From NCBI GenBank assembly GCA_030447745.1, contig JAUJOH010000006.1:68217-132216 (forward strand): a DNA stretch of 64,000 nt. Direction: 5' to 3'. Shown here piece by piece: positions 46,865-56,194 of this stretch. Position 1 is the stretch's first letter. Every line of letters begins with the position of its first letter. A program made the translations under genes and the position numbers. This stretch comes from Chloroflexota bacterium. GTDB taxonomy: Bacteria; Chloroflexota; Limnocylindria; Limnocylindrales; CSP1-4. Below the pieces are notes generated by a model, which saw only the letters and a program-made list of their open reading frames with translations, did no database searches and was not told the DNA's origin.

Positions 46865-47533
46865 ATGCCGGAGGGTGCCGCCAACCAGCCCACCGATGCC
46901 GACGTCCTCGGCCACCCCGCGCTCGAGCTGGGGCCGGGCGCCGATCTCGACCTCGCACGCCGGGCTGCCGCAAGTTGTCGCGCCTGCGACCTGTGGGCGA
47001 ACGCGACGCAGACGGTCTTCGGCGAGGGCCACGAGCGGACGCCGCTGATGCTCCTGGGTGAACAGCCGGGAGACAAGGAGGATCTCGCCGGGCACCCCTT
47101 CGTGGGGCCCGCGGGCCAGCTCCTCGACGAGGCGCTCGTCGAGGCGGGCATCGACCGCGAGCAGGTCTTCGTGACCAACGTGGTCAAGCACTTCAAGTGG
47201 CGGCCGCAGGGCAAGCGTCGGCTCCACGAGCGCCCGAACCCGGCCGAGATGCGCGCCTGCCGCCCGTGGCTTGACCTGGAGCTCGAGCTCGTGAGGCCGG
47301 ACATCCTCGTCATGCTCGGGGCGACCGCCGCGCAGGCGCTCCTCGGGCGCGACTTCCGGGTCACCGAGCGGCGAGGGGAGCTGATCCCGCCGCTTGCTCC
47401 CGGCAGTCCTCGCCTGATCGCGACCTTCCACCCCTCTGCGATCCTGCGCGCCAGGACGCCGGAGGATCGCTCGATGCAGATGCGCGCCCTCGTCAGCGAC
47501 CTCGCGACGGCACGGCGGGCGCTCGCAGCCTGA
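46865..47533 (+). CDS. udgX: UdgX-type (family-4-like, Fe-S) uracil-DNA glycosylase
   Basis: Motif A is GEQPGDKEDLAGHPFVGPAG (a GEQPG variant). The insertion loop HFKWRPQGKRRLHERP carries the KRR(I/L)H motif. Also present are CRACDLW and C..RPWL cysteines and a C-terminal HPSAILR. Confidence 0.8.
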   Translation: MPEGAANQPTDADVLGHPALELGPGADLDLARRAAASCRACDLWANATQTVFGEGHERTPLMLLGEQPGDKEDLAGHPFVGPAGQLLDEALVEAGIDREQVFVTNVVKHFKWRPQGKRRLHERPNPAEMRACRPWLDLELELVRPDILVMLGATAAQALLGRDFRVTERRGELIPPLAPGSPRLIATFHPSAILRARTPEDRSMQMRALVSDLATARRALAA

Positions 47534-47549
47534 GAGCCCGGGAACCGAG

Positions 47550-48470
47550 CTAGTCCCGCGCGGCCTCCTTGCGGACGACCACGATGTGCTGGTGCGCGAT
47601 GTTCGGCACGAACGCCTTCGGGTAGCCGTACGGGCGGAGACGGGTCCCGGCCTGGTACCAGATGAGATCGCCCTTGACGACGAAACCCGCCGCCGTCGCC
47701 CGGCCCGCGAGATCCGCGCCCGTGAACAGGTACCGGCCGTCCTGGTAGGCGTCACGGACGATCAGCGCGGCGTAGCGACCGTCGCGGAGCACGCGGTGGA
47801 GCTGCCGGAAGACCAGCTCCATGCGGTCGAGGAACGCGTCGTAGGAGGGCGCGTTGGCAAGGTCGGCCGGGTGGTCGGTCACCATGGCGTAGTCCGTCCG
47901 GCGATTGGCGTGGCGCTCGGCGAGCGGTCCGCCGGCCATCGTCAACGGCAGCTGGACGTTGTACGGCGGGTCCGTGGCCACGAAGTCCACGGACGCCCCC
48001 GGCAGCGTGGGGAGGAGCGTCAGGGCGTCACCGACCCGCAGGTCGAGCCCCGCAACGTCCAGCGACCGCGGGCCTCCCGGGTCGTTCGCGCCGAGGTCGA
48101 CGAGCACGGGACCGAGCCCGTCACGCTCCGCCAGTGCCTGGCGCAGGACGTCCTCGTAGACCCGCGCCCACGCCGGCGACAGCTCGATCCCGAGCGCCCG
48201 GCGCGGGCCGCGGGCGATCGCGGCGCCGAGAAGCGTGCCGCCGACGCCGGCGAAGGGGTCGAGCACGAGCTCGCCGGTCCTGGTGAAGAACTCGATCAGG
48301 CGGGCCATCAGCCGGGGTGGCTTGTTGGCCCCGTGGCGCTTGCGCAGCGCGTGCCCCAGCTCTGACGGGTAGGCGGTCGACCAGACCGACTTCGTGAAGT
48401 AGAGCCATTCCTCACCCGGCAGCTCGTTGAGCTCGTTGGCCGGATGTGGCGCGCGGCGGTCGACGGCCAT
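47550..48470 (-). CDS. DNA methyltransferase (N6-adenine/N4-cytosine, PF01555-like) with AdoMet motif I preceding DPPY
   Basis: KPPRLMARLIEFFTRTGELVLDPFAGVGGTLLGA lies upstream of DFVATDPPYN. No adjacent restriction endonuclease is recognisable. Confidence 0.8.
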   Translation of the reverse strand: MAVDRRAPHPANELNELPGEEWLYFTKSVWSTAYPSELGHALRKRHGANKPPRLMARLIEFFTRTGELVLDPFAGVGGTLLGAAIARGPRRALGIELSPAWARVYEDVLRQALAERDGLGPVLVDLGANDPGGPRSLDVAGLDLRVGDALTLLPTLPGASVDFVATDPPYNVQLPLTMAGGPLAERHANRRTDYAMVTDHPADLANAPSYDAFLDRMELVFRQLHRVLRDGRYAALIVRDAYQDGRYLFTGADLAGRATAAGFVVKGDLIWYQAGTRLRPYGYPKAFVPNIAHQHIVVVRKEAARD

Positions 48471-48520
48471 CGTGGCCAGCCTAGCTGACCGGGCGGCTCG
48501 CGGCCGCGCCCCGGCGACGG

Positions 48521-49261
48521 TCAGGGGCGGGCTTCGGCTGCCGGTGTCGCCCCGTCGTGCCCGGCGCCGGGCTCGTGCCCGTGGTCTGGCCCGGGCGTGT
48601 GGCCCTGACCCAGCGCCAGCGTGACCGCGAGCGTCGTCGCCAGGAAGACGACGCCGATCGCCGGAACGACCGCGATGACGGCGAACGACGCCGGGTCCCG
48701 GACGAACCGGCGCCCGATCGGGGTTCCCAGCCGCGCGCCGGACGCGCGGAGCACGAGCAGCGCGACCAGGAGCACCTGGAAGAGGCTCGCAGCTGCATCG
48801 GGCACGCCCACGGGCTCCGGGACGCCGGCCAGCGCGCCGACGGGGAGGCCCTCGACCCTCGACCAGGCCCACGCCGCGACGATGGCCGCGTTGCCCGCGA
48901 TGCCGACGAACGCCACCCGTGCCGAGGCGTTGACCGCGTACGCCAGTGCCCAGGCCGCCTGGAACACCGCGGCCGCGACGAAGCCCCAGCCCACCAGACC
49001 CAGCTCGGCGAGGTGGGCTGGTGCCGCTGCCAGATGGATCGTTGCGGCGGCGAGGCTCAGGGCTGCCGCGCGCATGGTCGCGGCCCGGGCCACGACCCGC
49101 GCCATGCTCATCGGCGGCAGGCCGTCGACCGGCATGGCGGCCCCCGCGTCAGCCGCTGCCCGGCGCGCGCGCCATCCGCGGGCGAGAACGACGCCACCGC
49201 CGCCCAGCAGGACGGCGGCGGCGGACAGGTGGATCAGCGCGTGCCAGAGGTCGTGCGTCAT
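48521..49261 (-). CDS. polytopic membrane protein with a His/Gly/Pro-rich C-terminal tail, unknown function
   Basis: 246 aa with 6-7 hydrophobic segments and the tail GQGHTPGPDHGHEPGAGHDG. Confidence 0.5.
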   Translation of the reverse strand: MTHDLWHALIHLSAAAVLLGGGGVVLARGWRARRAAADAGAAMPVDGLPPMSMARVVARAATMRAAALSLAAATIHLAAAPAHLAELGLVGWGFVAAAVFQAAWALAYAVNASARVAFVGIAGNAAIVAAWAWSRVEGLPVGALAGVPEPVGVPDAAASLFQVLLVALLVLRASGARLGTPIGRRFVRDPASFAVIAVVPAIGVVFLATTLAVTLALGQGHTPGPDHGHEPGAGHDGATPAAEARP

Positions 49262-49289
49262 GGCCGAGCCGATGCCGAGCGAGCGTCCG

Positions 49290-49685
49290 TCAGGACGCGT
49301 AGGCGCTCGAGCGACCGCGCGCCATGTAGCCCACGGCGAGGCTGACCACCGTTAGCGTGACGTGGATCAGGTGCAGGACGATGTTCGCCGAGACCTGGAA
49401 GAGACCGAACAGGTTCGGGCTCACGACGACGGCGATGAAGATCACGAGGTACAGCACGCCAAAGCCGATCGTGCCGTTGACGCGGTTCTCGCCGCGCAGG
49501 CCGAAGGCGATGAAGAGCGCGAGCGCGCCGGTCGCCAGGTGAACGATGTTGTGGACCGCGTCCGTCGGGATGAGCGAATCTGCCCGGCCGACGAGGGGAT
49601 TCGGAATGAACCCGAGCAGCCCGACGGCGACGAGCACGATGCCCGCCAGCGCCATCCAGGTCTTGGCCATATCACCATCGCGCAT
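49290..49685 (-). CDS. small membrane protein, DUF4383-like
   Basis: Four TM segments are predicted, with AVHNIVHLATG and NIVLHLIHV motifs. ATG 49685 follows AGGAGGA. Confidence 0.6.
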   Translation of the reverse strand: MRDGDMAKTWMALAGIVLVAVGLLGFIPNPLVGRADSLIPTDAVHNIVHLATGALALFIAFGLRGENRVNGTIGFGVLYLVIFIAVVVSPNLFGLFQVSANIVLHLIHVTLTVVSLAVGYMARGRSSAYAS

Positions 49686-49961
49686 GGAACTCCATCCTCC
49701 TGTTTCCCGGCACCGCCCCTGCCGTGCCGCCTGGTGCGGGTCGGGGATTGGGCTCCCGGCTTGACCCGCAAGCTCGCTGCGAATGGTTCGCAGCGGTTCC
49801 CGGTTCGGATGGCTCCGGCGATAGGGCAGCTCCTGGTGGACGATCCTGGTTCCGGTATACACCGTTTGGTCAACCGCGCGCACGACTCCGACGCCGCACG
49901 CGGCGCGGCACAGCGTATCGCGGCCGCATTTCCACCGGGATTAGCCGGCCTAGAATGCGAC

Positions 49962-52900
49962 ATGCCCGCGAAGTTCACGAGCTCGAGGTTCGTCGGGCGG
50001 GACGGGTCGTTCGCCCTCCTGGCCTCCGCACTCGACCGCGCGGCCGCCGGTCGAGCGAGCACGGTGCTCGTCTCGGGCAGTGCGGGCGTCGGCGTGAGCC
50101 GCTTCCTCGACGAAGCCGCGCTGCGCGTGGCCGTGCTCGCCGCGCCGTTCTCGCTCCTGCGTGGTCGCGCTCGCCCGGACGGGACGGACGGCGCATACGC
50201 GCCGGTGATCCGCGCGCTCCGGCCGGTGCTCCTCGACCTTCCCGACGCGGAGCTCGGCGACGCGCTCCTGACCGGCGCGGAGGACGTTGTCCGTCTCCTG
50301 CCAGAACTGGGACCAAGGGTCCGTGAGCTCGGCATCCTGCCGGCGCGCCCGACCGTCGTCTCCCCGGAGCGCCGACAGGCACGCGTGTTCGAGAGCGTGC
50401 TGGGCGTGCTCGGCCGCCTCGGCGAGTCTCGTCCGATCGTCCTCGTCCTCGAGGATCTCCACCGCGCCGACGCGGCGACGCGGGACCTCGTCACGTTCCT
50501 CGCCCGGATCGCCAGGCACCAGCCGCTGTGTCTCGTCGCCACATGGCAGCCGGACGAGCTGACGCGCAGCCACCCGTTGACCGCGAGCCTGGCCCGGATC
50601 GGTGAGAGTGCACGGCCCGCCGAGCGGGTCGAGATCCGGCCGCTGGAGCGCCATGAGCTGGCCGAGCTCGTCGAGGGGATCGAGGGCGAACGTCCCTCGG
50701 CCAGCGTGCTCGTTCTCGTGGCCGAGCGGTCCGGCGGCAGTCCGCTCATCGCGGAGGAGCTGGTCGCCGCCCGCCGCGAGCTCTCGAGCAGCTCGCTGAC
50801 CGGCACCCTCGACGACCTCGTAGTCGCCCGCCTCGCGCTGCGGACTGCGGAATGCCGGCGCGCCCTGCGGCTGCTCGCGCCGGCCGGCCGGCCGCTGACG
50901 CCGACCCGGTTGGCGGCGGTCGCGGAGGCGTTCGAGGCGCTCGACGATGAGGGGCGGCGACTCCCGCCCCGTTCCACGACCGCGCCGCGAAGCGGCGGCG
51001 CCGACCTCGACGCGGACCTGACGGCCGGGGTCGCGGAGGCCGTCGAGCACGGCGTCCTCGTCGCGCTCGACGGGACGCTCGATTTCCGCCACGAGCTGAT
51101 CGCGCGGGCCGTGGACGGTGACCTCCTGCCGCTCCAGCGGCCGCGCCATCACGCCGCTCTTGCCACGGCCCTCAGCGGCTCGCCCGTCGCGGCCGGGCGG
51201 CACTGGCTTGCCGCGCACGAGCCGGCCCGGGCGCGCGAGGCCGCTCTGGAGGCGGCGCACCGGGCGGCCGGCGTCCACGCGCCGGCGGACGAGCTCCGCC
51301 ATCTCGAGACGGTGCTGGGGCTGTCGAGGGCCCGTGGTGTCCGGTACGCCGGGAGGCAGCGCCGGGCGACGGACGCGGTAGCCGACGGAGGGCAACCGGT
51401 CGAGGCGCGCGCGGTCGCCCCCGCCTCGGCGAGCGAGCGAGCCCTGCCGATTCTCCAGGCCGCGGCGGCGGAGGCGGCGTTCGCGGCCGGCCGTCCCGGG
51501 CGGGCGGGCGCGTTCGTCGAGTCGGCGATCGCCCGTCTGGACGCCGGGCGCGATCGGGTCCGGCTGGCGCTCCTGCACGAGCGCCTCGGCCGCTACCGTC
51601 GCGACGCCGGTGACCACGACGGCGCGCTGGTTGCACACCGCAGGGCTGTCGAGCTGGCGCCTCGCACACCCACCCGCGAGCGGGCGCTCGTGCTCGCATC
51701 GCTCGCCCAGATCCGGATGCTGGACGGGACCTTCTCGGAGGCGCAGCAGTATGCCCGTGAGGCCATCGAGGTCGCCCGGGAGGTCGGCGCCGCGGCACGC
51801 TCGCACGAGCTCCACGCGATCACGACCCTCGCCGTGAGCCAGGGCTGGGGCGACGAACCCGAGGCCGGCCTGGCTTCACTGCGCGCCGCGCTCCCGCTGG
51901 CCGAGGCGCGGGGCGAGGTCGACGAGCTCTTCCGCGTGTACGCCAACCTGACCACGGTGCTCGATCTGCTCGGGCGCCGGAGGGAGGCGGTCGAGGTCGC
52001 CTACGACGGCATCGAGGCCGCCAGGCGCGCCGGGCTCGAGGCCGTGTACGGCAACTTCCTGCGCGGGAACGCGGCCGAGTCGCTGTTCATGCTTGGGCGC
52101 TGGTCGGAGTCGAGCGCTCTCGGCGAACGCGCTCGAGTGGAGCTCGGCCGGGGTCGCGTTCGTCAACTCGATCGTGAACCTGGCGATCGTCGAGGTCGAG
52201 ACCCGCGCAGGCGAGACGGCGGGACGACTCCTCGGGCAGCTGCTGCTCGAGCTCGAGACGGTCCGCGACGCGCAGCACGGCGTGCCCGTCTATCGAGCGG
52301 CCGCGTCGTTCGCACTCTGGAGCAGCGACCACGTCGACGCCCGACGAGCGGCGGAGCGCGGCTGGTCCTTCGTGACCGGCTCGGAGGACTGGGTCCTGGC
52401 GGCGAAGATGGCGGTCACGGTGGCGGAGGTCGAGGCCGCATCCGGCGCCGACGCCGCGGAGCGCCGCGACCTGGCGGGCGTGGCGGACTCGCGGGAGCGG
52501 GCGGCCGCGATCCTCGCCGAGGCGGAGCGCACGGTCGAGGAGTCAGGCGTCCCCGAGACGATCGGATCGAGGCGCGAGGCGGAAGCCTACCTCTCGACGG
52601 CCCGAGCGCACGCCGCCCGGCTCGACGGCCGGGACGATCCGTCGACGTGGGAGGCGGTGGCCGGCTCGTGGCGCACGCTCGGTAATCCGTACGAGGTCGC
52701 CCGGGCTCGCTGGCGGCAGGCCGCCGCCGAGCTGGCCGCGGGCGGCGGTCGCGCCGGGCGATCGGACGCCCGGGGGCCGCTCGTCGAGGCCGCGCACATC
52801 GGTCTCGATCTCGACGCGCGGCCGCTGCTCCGCGAGGTCAGCGACCTGTCTCGCCGGGCGCTGATCACCCTCCCGGCCGGCGTCGACGAGGCGCTCGGTG

Positions 52901-53321
52901 ACCCGGCCATCGAGCCGTCGGCAGTGGCAGCCGCGTCAGCCGGCAACCGCAGCGGCGATGGGACAAGAAGCGGCGCGGTCTCGCCGGTCCTGCTGGCCTT
53001 GCCGGCGCCCGCACCGGGACGAAGCGGACGACGTTCGGACTGTCCGCGCGCGAGCGCGAGGTGCTGTCGTTGATCGCCGAGGGCCGCACGAACCGCGAGA
53101 TCGGCGAGCGGCTGTTCATCAGCCAGAAGACCGTCGGCGTGCACGTCGGCAGGATCCTGGACAAGTTGAACGTGTCGGGTCGCGTCGAGGCAGCGGCGGT
53201 CGCGATCCGCCTCGATCTGGCCGGCGGCACGTCACCGGGAAGCCGCCAGAGCCGGGCCGGGGTTCGGGTCTCACGTGCGCCGAGTCGCGATCGACGACGC
53301 CGGGATCCAGCGCAAGACTGA
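49962..53321 (+). CDS. large LuxR-family regulator (N-terminal AAA/STAND ATPase, TPR-like middle, C-terminal LuxR HTH) with a +1 (about 52110-52131) and a -1 (about 53000-53030) frame disruption
   Basis: The P-loop region is VLVSGSAGVGVSRF and Walker B is IVLVLEDLHRAD. The middle section is readable only in frame 52093. The C-terminus FGLSAREREVLSLIAEGRTNREIGERLFISQKTVGVHVGRILDKLNV is in frame 53061, which equals the first frame. Confidence 0.8.
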
Positions 53322-53481
53322 GCATCGCAAGACTGAGCGGTGCCGGCGCCTGCGCGCGGGAGCGGCCCTGCCCACGCGGAGGAACGATCGGCGCTACATT
53401 CCGAGCGCCGAGCACGTCCCGGCCGGGCGCCAGCCCGCCCTCTTCCTGAGGTCTCACCACAGATGCGTCCCTCTCCGTCCC

Positions 53482-54060
53482 ATGTCCCTCGCCGCCGCCC
53501 TCGGCGCGACCCTGCTCGCCGCCGCCTGCAGCGCCGGTCAGGCCCCGGGCTGGACGTACCAGCCGGCCCCACCCGCCACCCCGGCACCGGCGACGAGCGC
53601 AGACGCGAGCGCCGGAGCGAGCGGGGAGCCGTCGCCCGGAACGCCGCCCTCGGCGGCCCCGAGCCCGAGCGGCAGCCCTGCGGCAAGCGGCAGCCCTGCG
53701 ACCAGCGGCAGCCCCGCGGCCAGCGGCAGCCCGGCGGCGAGCGGGGGCGCTGGCGGCAGCCCGGCGGCGAGCGGGGCCGGCACGGCGGTGACCGTGACGG
53801 CGCAGAACGTGGTGTTCGTCGAGGAGACGCTCCAGGCGCCGGCCGACACAGCATTCCAGATCCAGTTCGCCAACCAGGACAGTGGCGTACCGCATGACGT
53901 CGACATCCGGGACTCGTCCGGCGCCACGATCGACGACAACGAGGTCGTGATTGGCCCCGTCGACGTTGCGTACGACGTGCCCGCGCTGGCCGCGGGGGAG
54001 TACCAGTTCATCTGCTCGGTGCACCCGCAGACGATGGTCGGAACGCTCACCGCTCAGTGA
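53482..54060 (+). CDS. cupredoxin (type-1 copper) lipoprotein with an S/P/A/G-rich linker
   Basis: Lipobox LAAACS is present. The copper-ligand pattern is PHDV...ICSVHPQTM (H, C, H, M). The linker is encoded by 18-bp repeats at 53668-53739. Confidence 0.75.
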   Translation: MSLAAALGATLLAAACSAGQAPGWTYQPAPPATPAPATSADASAGASGEPSPGTPPSAAPSPSGSPAASGSPATSGSPAASGSPAASGGAGGSPAASGAGTAVTVTAQNVVFVEETLQAPADTAFQIQFANQDSGVPHDVDIRDSSGATIDDNEVVIGPVDVAYDVPALAAGEYQFICSVHPQTMVGTLTAQ

Positions 54061-54094
54061 TCGCGATCCGGCGGAGGGGCTCGCGAGGTACCCG

Positions 54095-54875
54095 ATGAAC
54101 GTCCAGCTCTGCTACTCGGACGCGTACGCGCGCCACGTCGAGGCGACGGTGGTGGCCCGGGACGAGGCCGGCGGCGCGCCGCTGGTCGTCCTCGACCAGA
54201 CCGTCTTCTATCCCGGTGGCGGCGGCCAGCCGGCCGATCGGGGCCTCCTCCTTCGTGGGTCGGACGGTCGGACCTGGACCGTGCGCGGCGCCCGGAAGGC
54301 CGGCGGCGAGATCGTCCACGAGCTCGTCCCGGACGGCGAGCCGCCGGCGGTCGGAGATCGGCTCGAGGTCGACCTCGACTGGGCGCGCCGCCTCTCGCTG
54401 ATGCGCACCCACACGGCGCTCCACGCGCTGTGCGGCGTCGTGTGGCGCGACTACGGCGCGCTGGTGACGGGGCGGCAACATGGAGCCCGGCTCCGGTCGG
54501 ATGGACTTCGAGTTCGAGCGGATGACCGGTGACCTCGTCGGCGAGATCGAGGCGAAGGTCAACGACGAGCTGACGCGTGGACGCGAGGTCCGGGTGAAGG
54601 TCCTCCCGCGAGACGAGGCGTTCCAGATCCCGGATCTGATCCGGACGAAGGTCAACCTGCTGCCACCGGGGATCGACCAGGTCCGGACCATCGAGATCGT
54701 CGGCCTCGACGTCCAGGCCGACGGCGGCACGCATGTCGCGAACACGAGCGAGGTCGGTCGCATCCGGGTCACGGGATACGAGTCGAAGGGCCGGATCAAC
54801 AAGCGGATCCGGATCCAGCTGGCCGACCCGGTTGCGGAGGGGAGAGGGTCCAGTCAGGCTCGCGGACGGAGGTAG
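54095..54875 (+). CDS. alaX: alanyl-tRNA editing protein AlaX (AlaXM-type), apparent +1 frame disruption in the G-run at 54469-54472
   Basis: FYPGGGGQPAD and HTALHAL (zinc motif) are in frame 53951. The sequence continues as NMEPGSGRMDFEF...GLDVQADGGTHV in frame 54480. Confidence 0.8.
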
Positions 54876-56143
54876 CCGCGGAAGCTGGGCACCGACGCGA
54901 GATCCGGCGGCACGAAGCGCGCCACCGGGTCTATCGGTCCAGTATTGGCCAGCGCCTCCAGCAGATCGACGCCCTCGTCGAGGTCCGGCATCGCGGCTAT
55001 CTCACCGGCCATCCTGCGGGCGTTTTCGGCGACCAGCTCATTCGAGAGGATCGCAAGCGCCGACCGTCGCACCTCCTCGACCGAAACCTCGTGGGGCATC
55101 AGGAAGTCGCCAGCTCCGACGGATCGCACCCGGGCGGCGTGCGTGAACTGGTCGCCGGCCTGCGGGAGGACGAGGAGAGGCACGCCGGCCGCCAGACCGT
55201 TGATCATCGATCCCCAGCCACCGTGCGTCACGAACAGAGCGCACGTCGGCAGCAGGTGCTGATGCGCCACTCGTGTCACCGCCAGGACGTTGCTCGGCAG
55301 CGCGCCGAGCGCATCGGGCTGCAGCAAGCCGGTTGCGACGACGATGTTGGCGTCGAGCGCCACCAGCCCCTGGACGACCGTGGCGAGGACTTCCGACCGC
55401 TCGAATACGGTACCGAGACTCACGTGGATCCGCGGACGGTTCGCGTCGCGGGCATCCGCGGGGAGTTCGGGCGCGTCGTGGAACGACTCGAGTTGGACCG
55501 GCCGCAAGGGCCTCGAGCGGTAGTACATCGACTGCGGGAGCACGAGGTGAAGGCTCGGGGGCGTGGTGTCGAGAACGAGCGCCGGACGAGCCATCCGCTC
55601 GTCGCGGGTGATCGGAGCCAGGCCGAGCTCCGCCCGGAGTCCCACAAGCGACTCATCGCCCTCGAACACGCCCTTGACCAGGGAGCGGGTGGCGGGATCC
55701 TCCGGTAGCGAGGCCGGCAGGAAGACGGGACGCGGAACAGCGACGCCGAGGACGGCATGGGGGATACGGTGCATCTCGGCCAGGACGTCACCTGCCACCG
55801 CCTCCGGCTCGGTAACGATCACGTCGGGCCGGGTCTCGCGTATCTCTGGCTCGAGGTCGGCGACCATCGACCGCGGGATGGCGTACTCGAAAAGCCGAGC
55901 GAACGCGAGGCCCTTCACCATGGTAGGCAGGTCCGCGAACTCGGGAAACTGCGCCTCCACTGACGACTGGAGCCAGTCGAGGCCGGCCGACACGGGTTTC
56001 AGACCCGCAGCTTCGACGACGGGCGCGAAGCTTGCGCTCGAGGCCACCCGGACATCATGGCCCCGAGCGAGTGCCGCCTGTGCGAGCGGAGCGAGCGGCG
56101 CGAAGTGCCCATGGCCGGGGATGGTCACAAAGAGTGCGCGCAC
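54854..56143 (-). CDS. GT1-family UDP-glycosyltransferase (MGT/macrolide-glycosyltransferase-like)
   Basis: The N-terminus is GHGHFAPLAPLA. The C-terminal nucleotide-sugar motif is THGGWGSMINGLAAGVPLLVLPQAGDQ. Confidence 0.8.
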   Translation of the reverse strand: MRALFVTIPGHGHFAPLAPLAQAALARGHDVRVASSASFAPVVEAAGLKPVSAGLDWLQSSVEAQFPEFADLPTMVKGLAFARLFEYAIPRSMVADLEPEIRETRPDVIVTEPEAVAGDVLAEMHRIPHAVLGVAVPRPVFLPASLPEDPATRSLVKGVFEGDESLVGLRAELGLAPITRDERMARPALVLDTTPPSLHLVLPQSMYYRSRPLRPVQLESFHDAPELPADARDANRPRIHVSLGTVFERSEVLATVVQGLVALDANIVVATGLLQPDALGALPSNVLAVTRVAHQHLLPTCALFVTHGGWGSMINGLAAGVPLLVLPQAGDQFTHAARVRSVGAGDFLMPHEVSVEEVRRSALAILSNELVAENARRMAGEIAAMPDLDEGVDLLEALANTGPIDPVARFVPPDLASVPSFRGYLRPRA

Positions 56144-56194
56144 ACCGCCTCCGAACGGCTCCCGAGTCGCACGAGCTTGTCAACCGCCGCGGGA

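Noticed and set aside
46698-49700. A tRNA-flanked genomic island or integrative element.
   Set aside because: No integrase, recombinase or transposase, and no repeat of the tRNA 3' end, was seen in the window, and GC content is not visibly different. It is kept only as a hypothesis under the UdgX finding.
53668-53739. 18-bp tandem repeat (AGCGGCAGCCCTGCGGCA-like, x4).
   Set aside because: It lies inside the cupredoxin lipoprotein gene, in frame, and encodes the SGSPAA linker. It is a coding low-complexity region, not an independent element.
48521-54060. A copper-homeostasis cluster (His-rich membrane protein, DUF4383 protein, LuxR regulator, cupredoxin).
   Set aside because: The link rests only on a His-rich tail and one cupredoxin. 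No CopA, CopZ, CsoR or multicopper oxidase is present, and the genes lie on different strands and in different transcription units.
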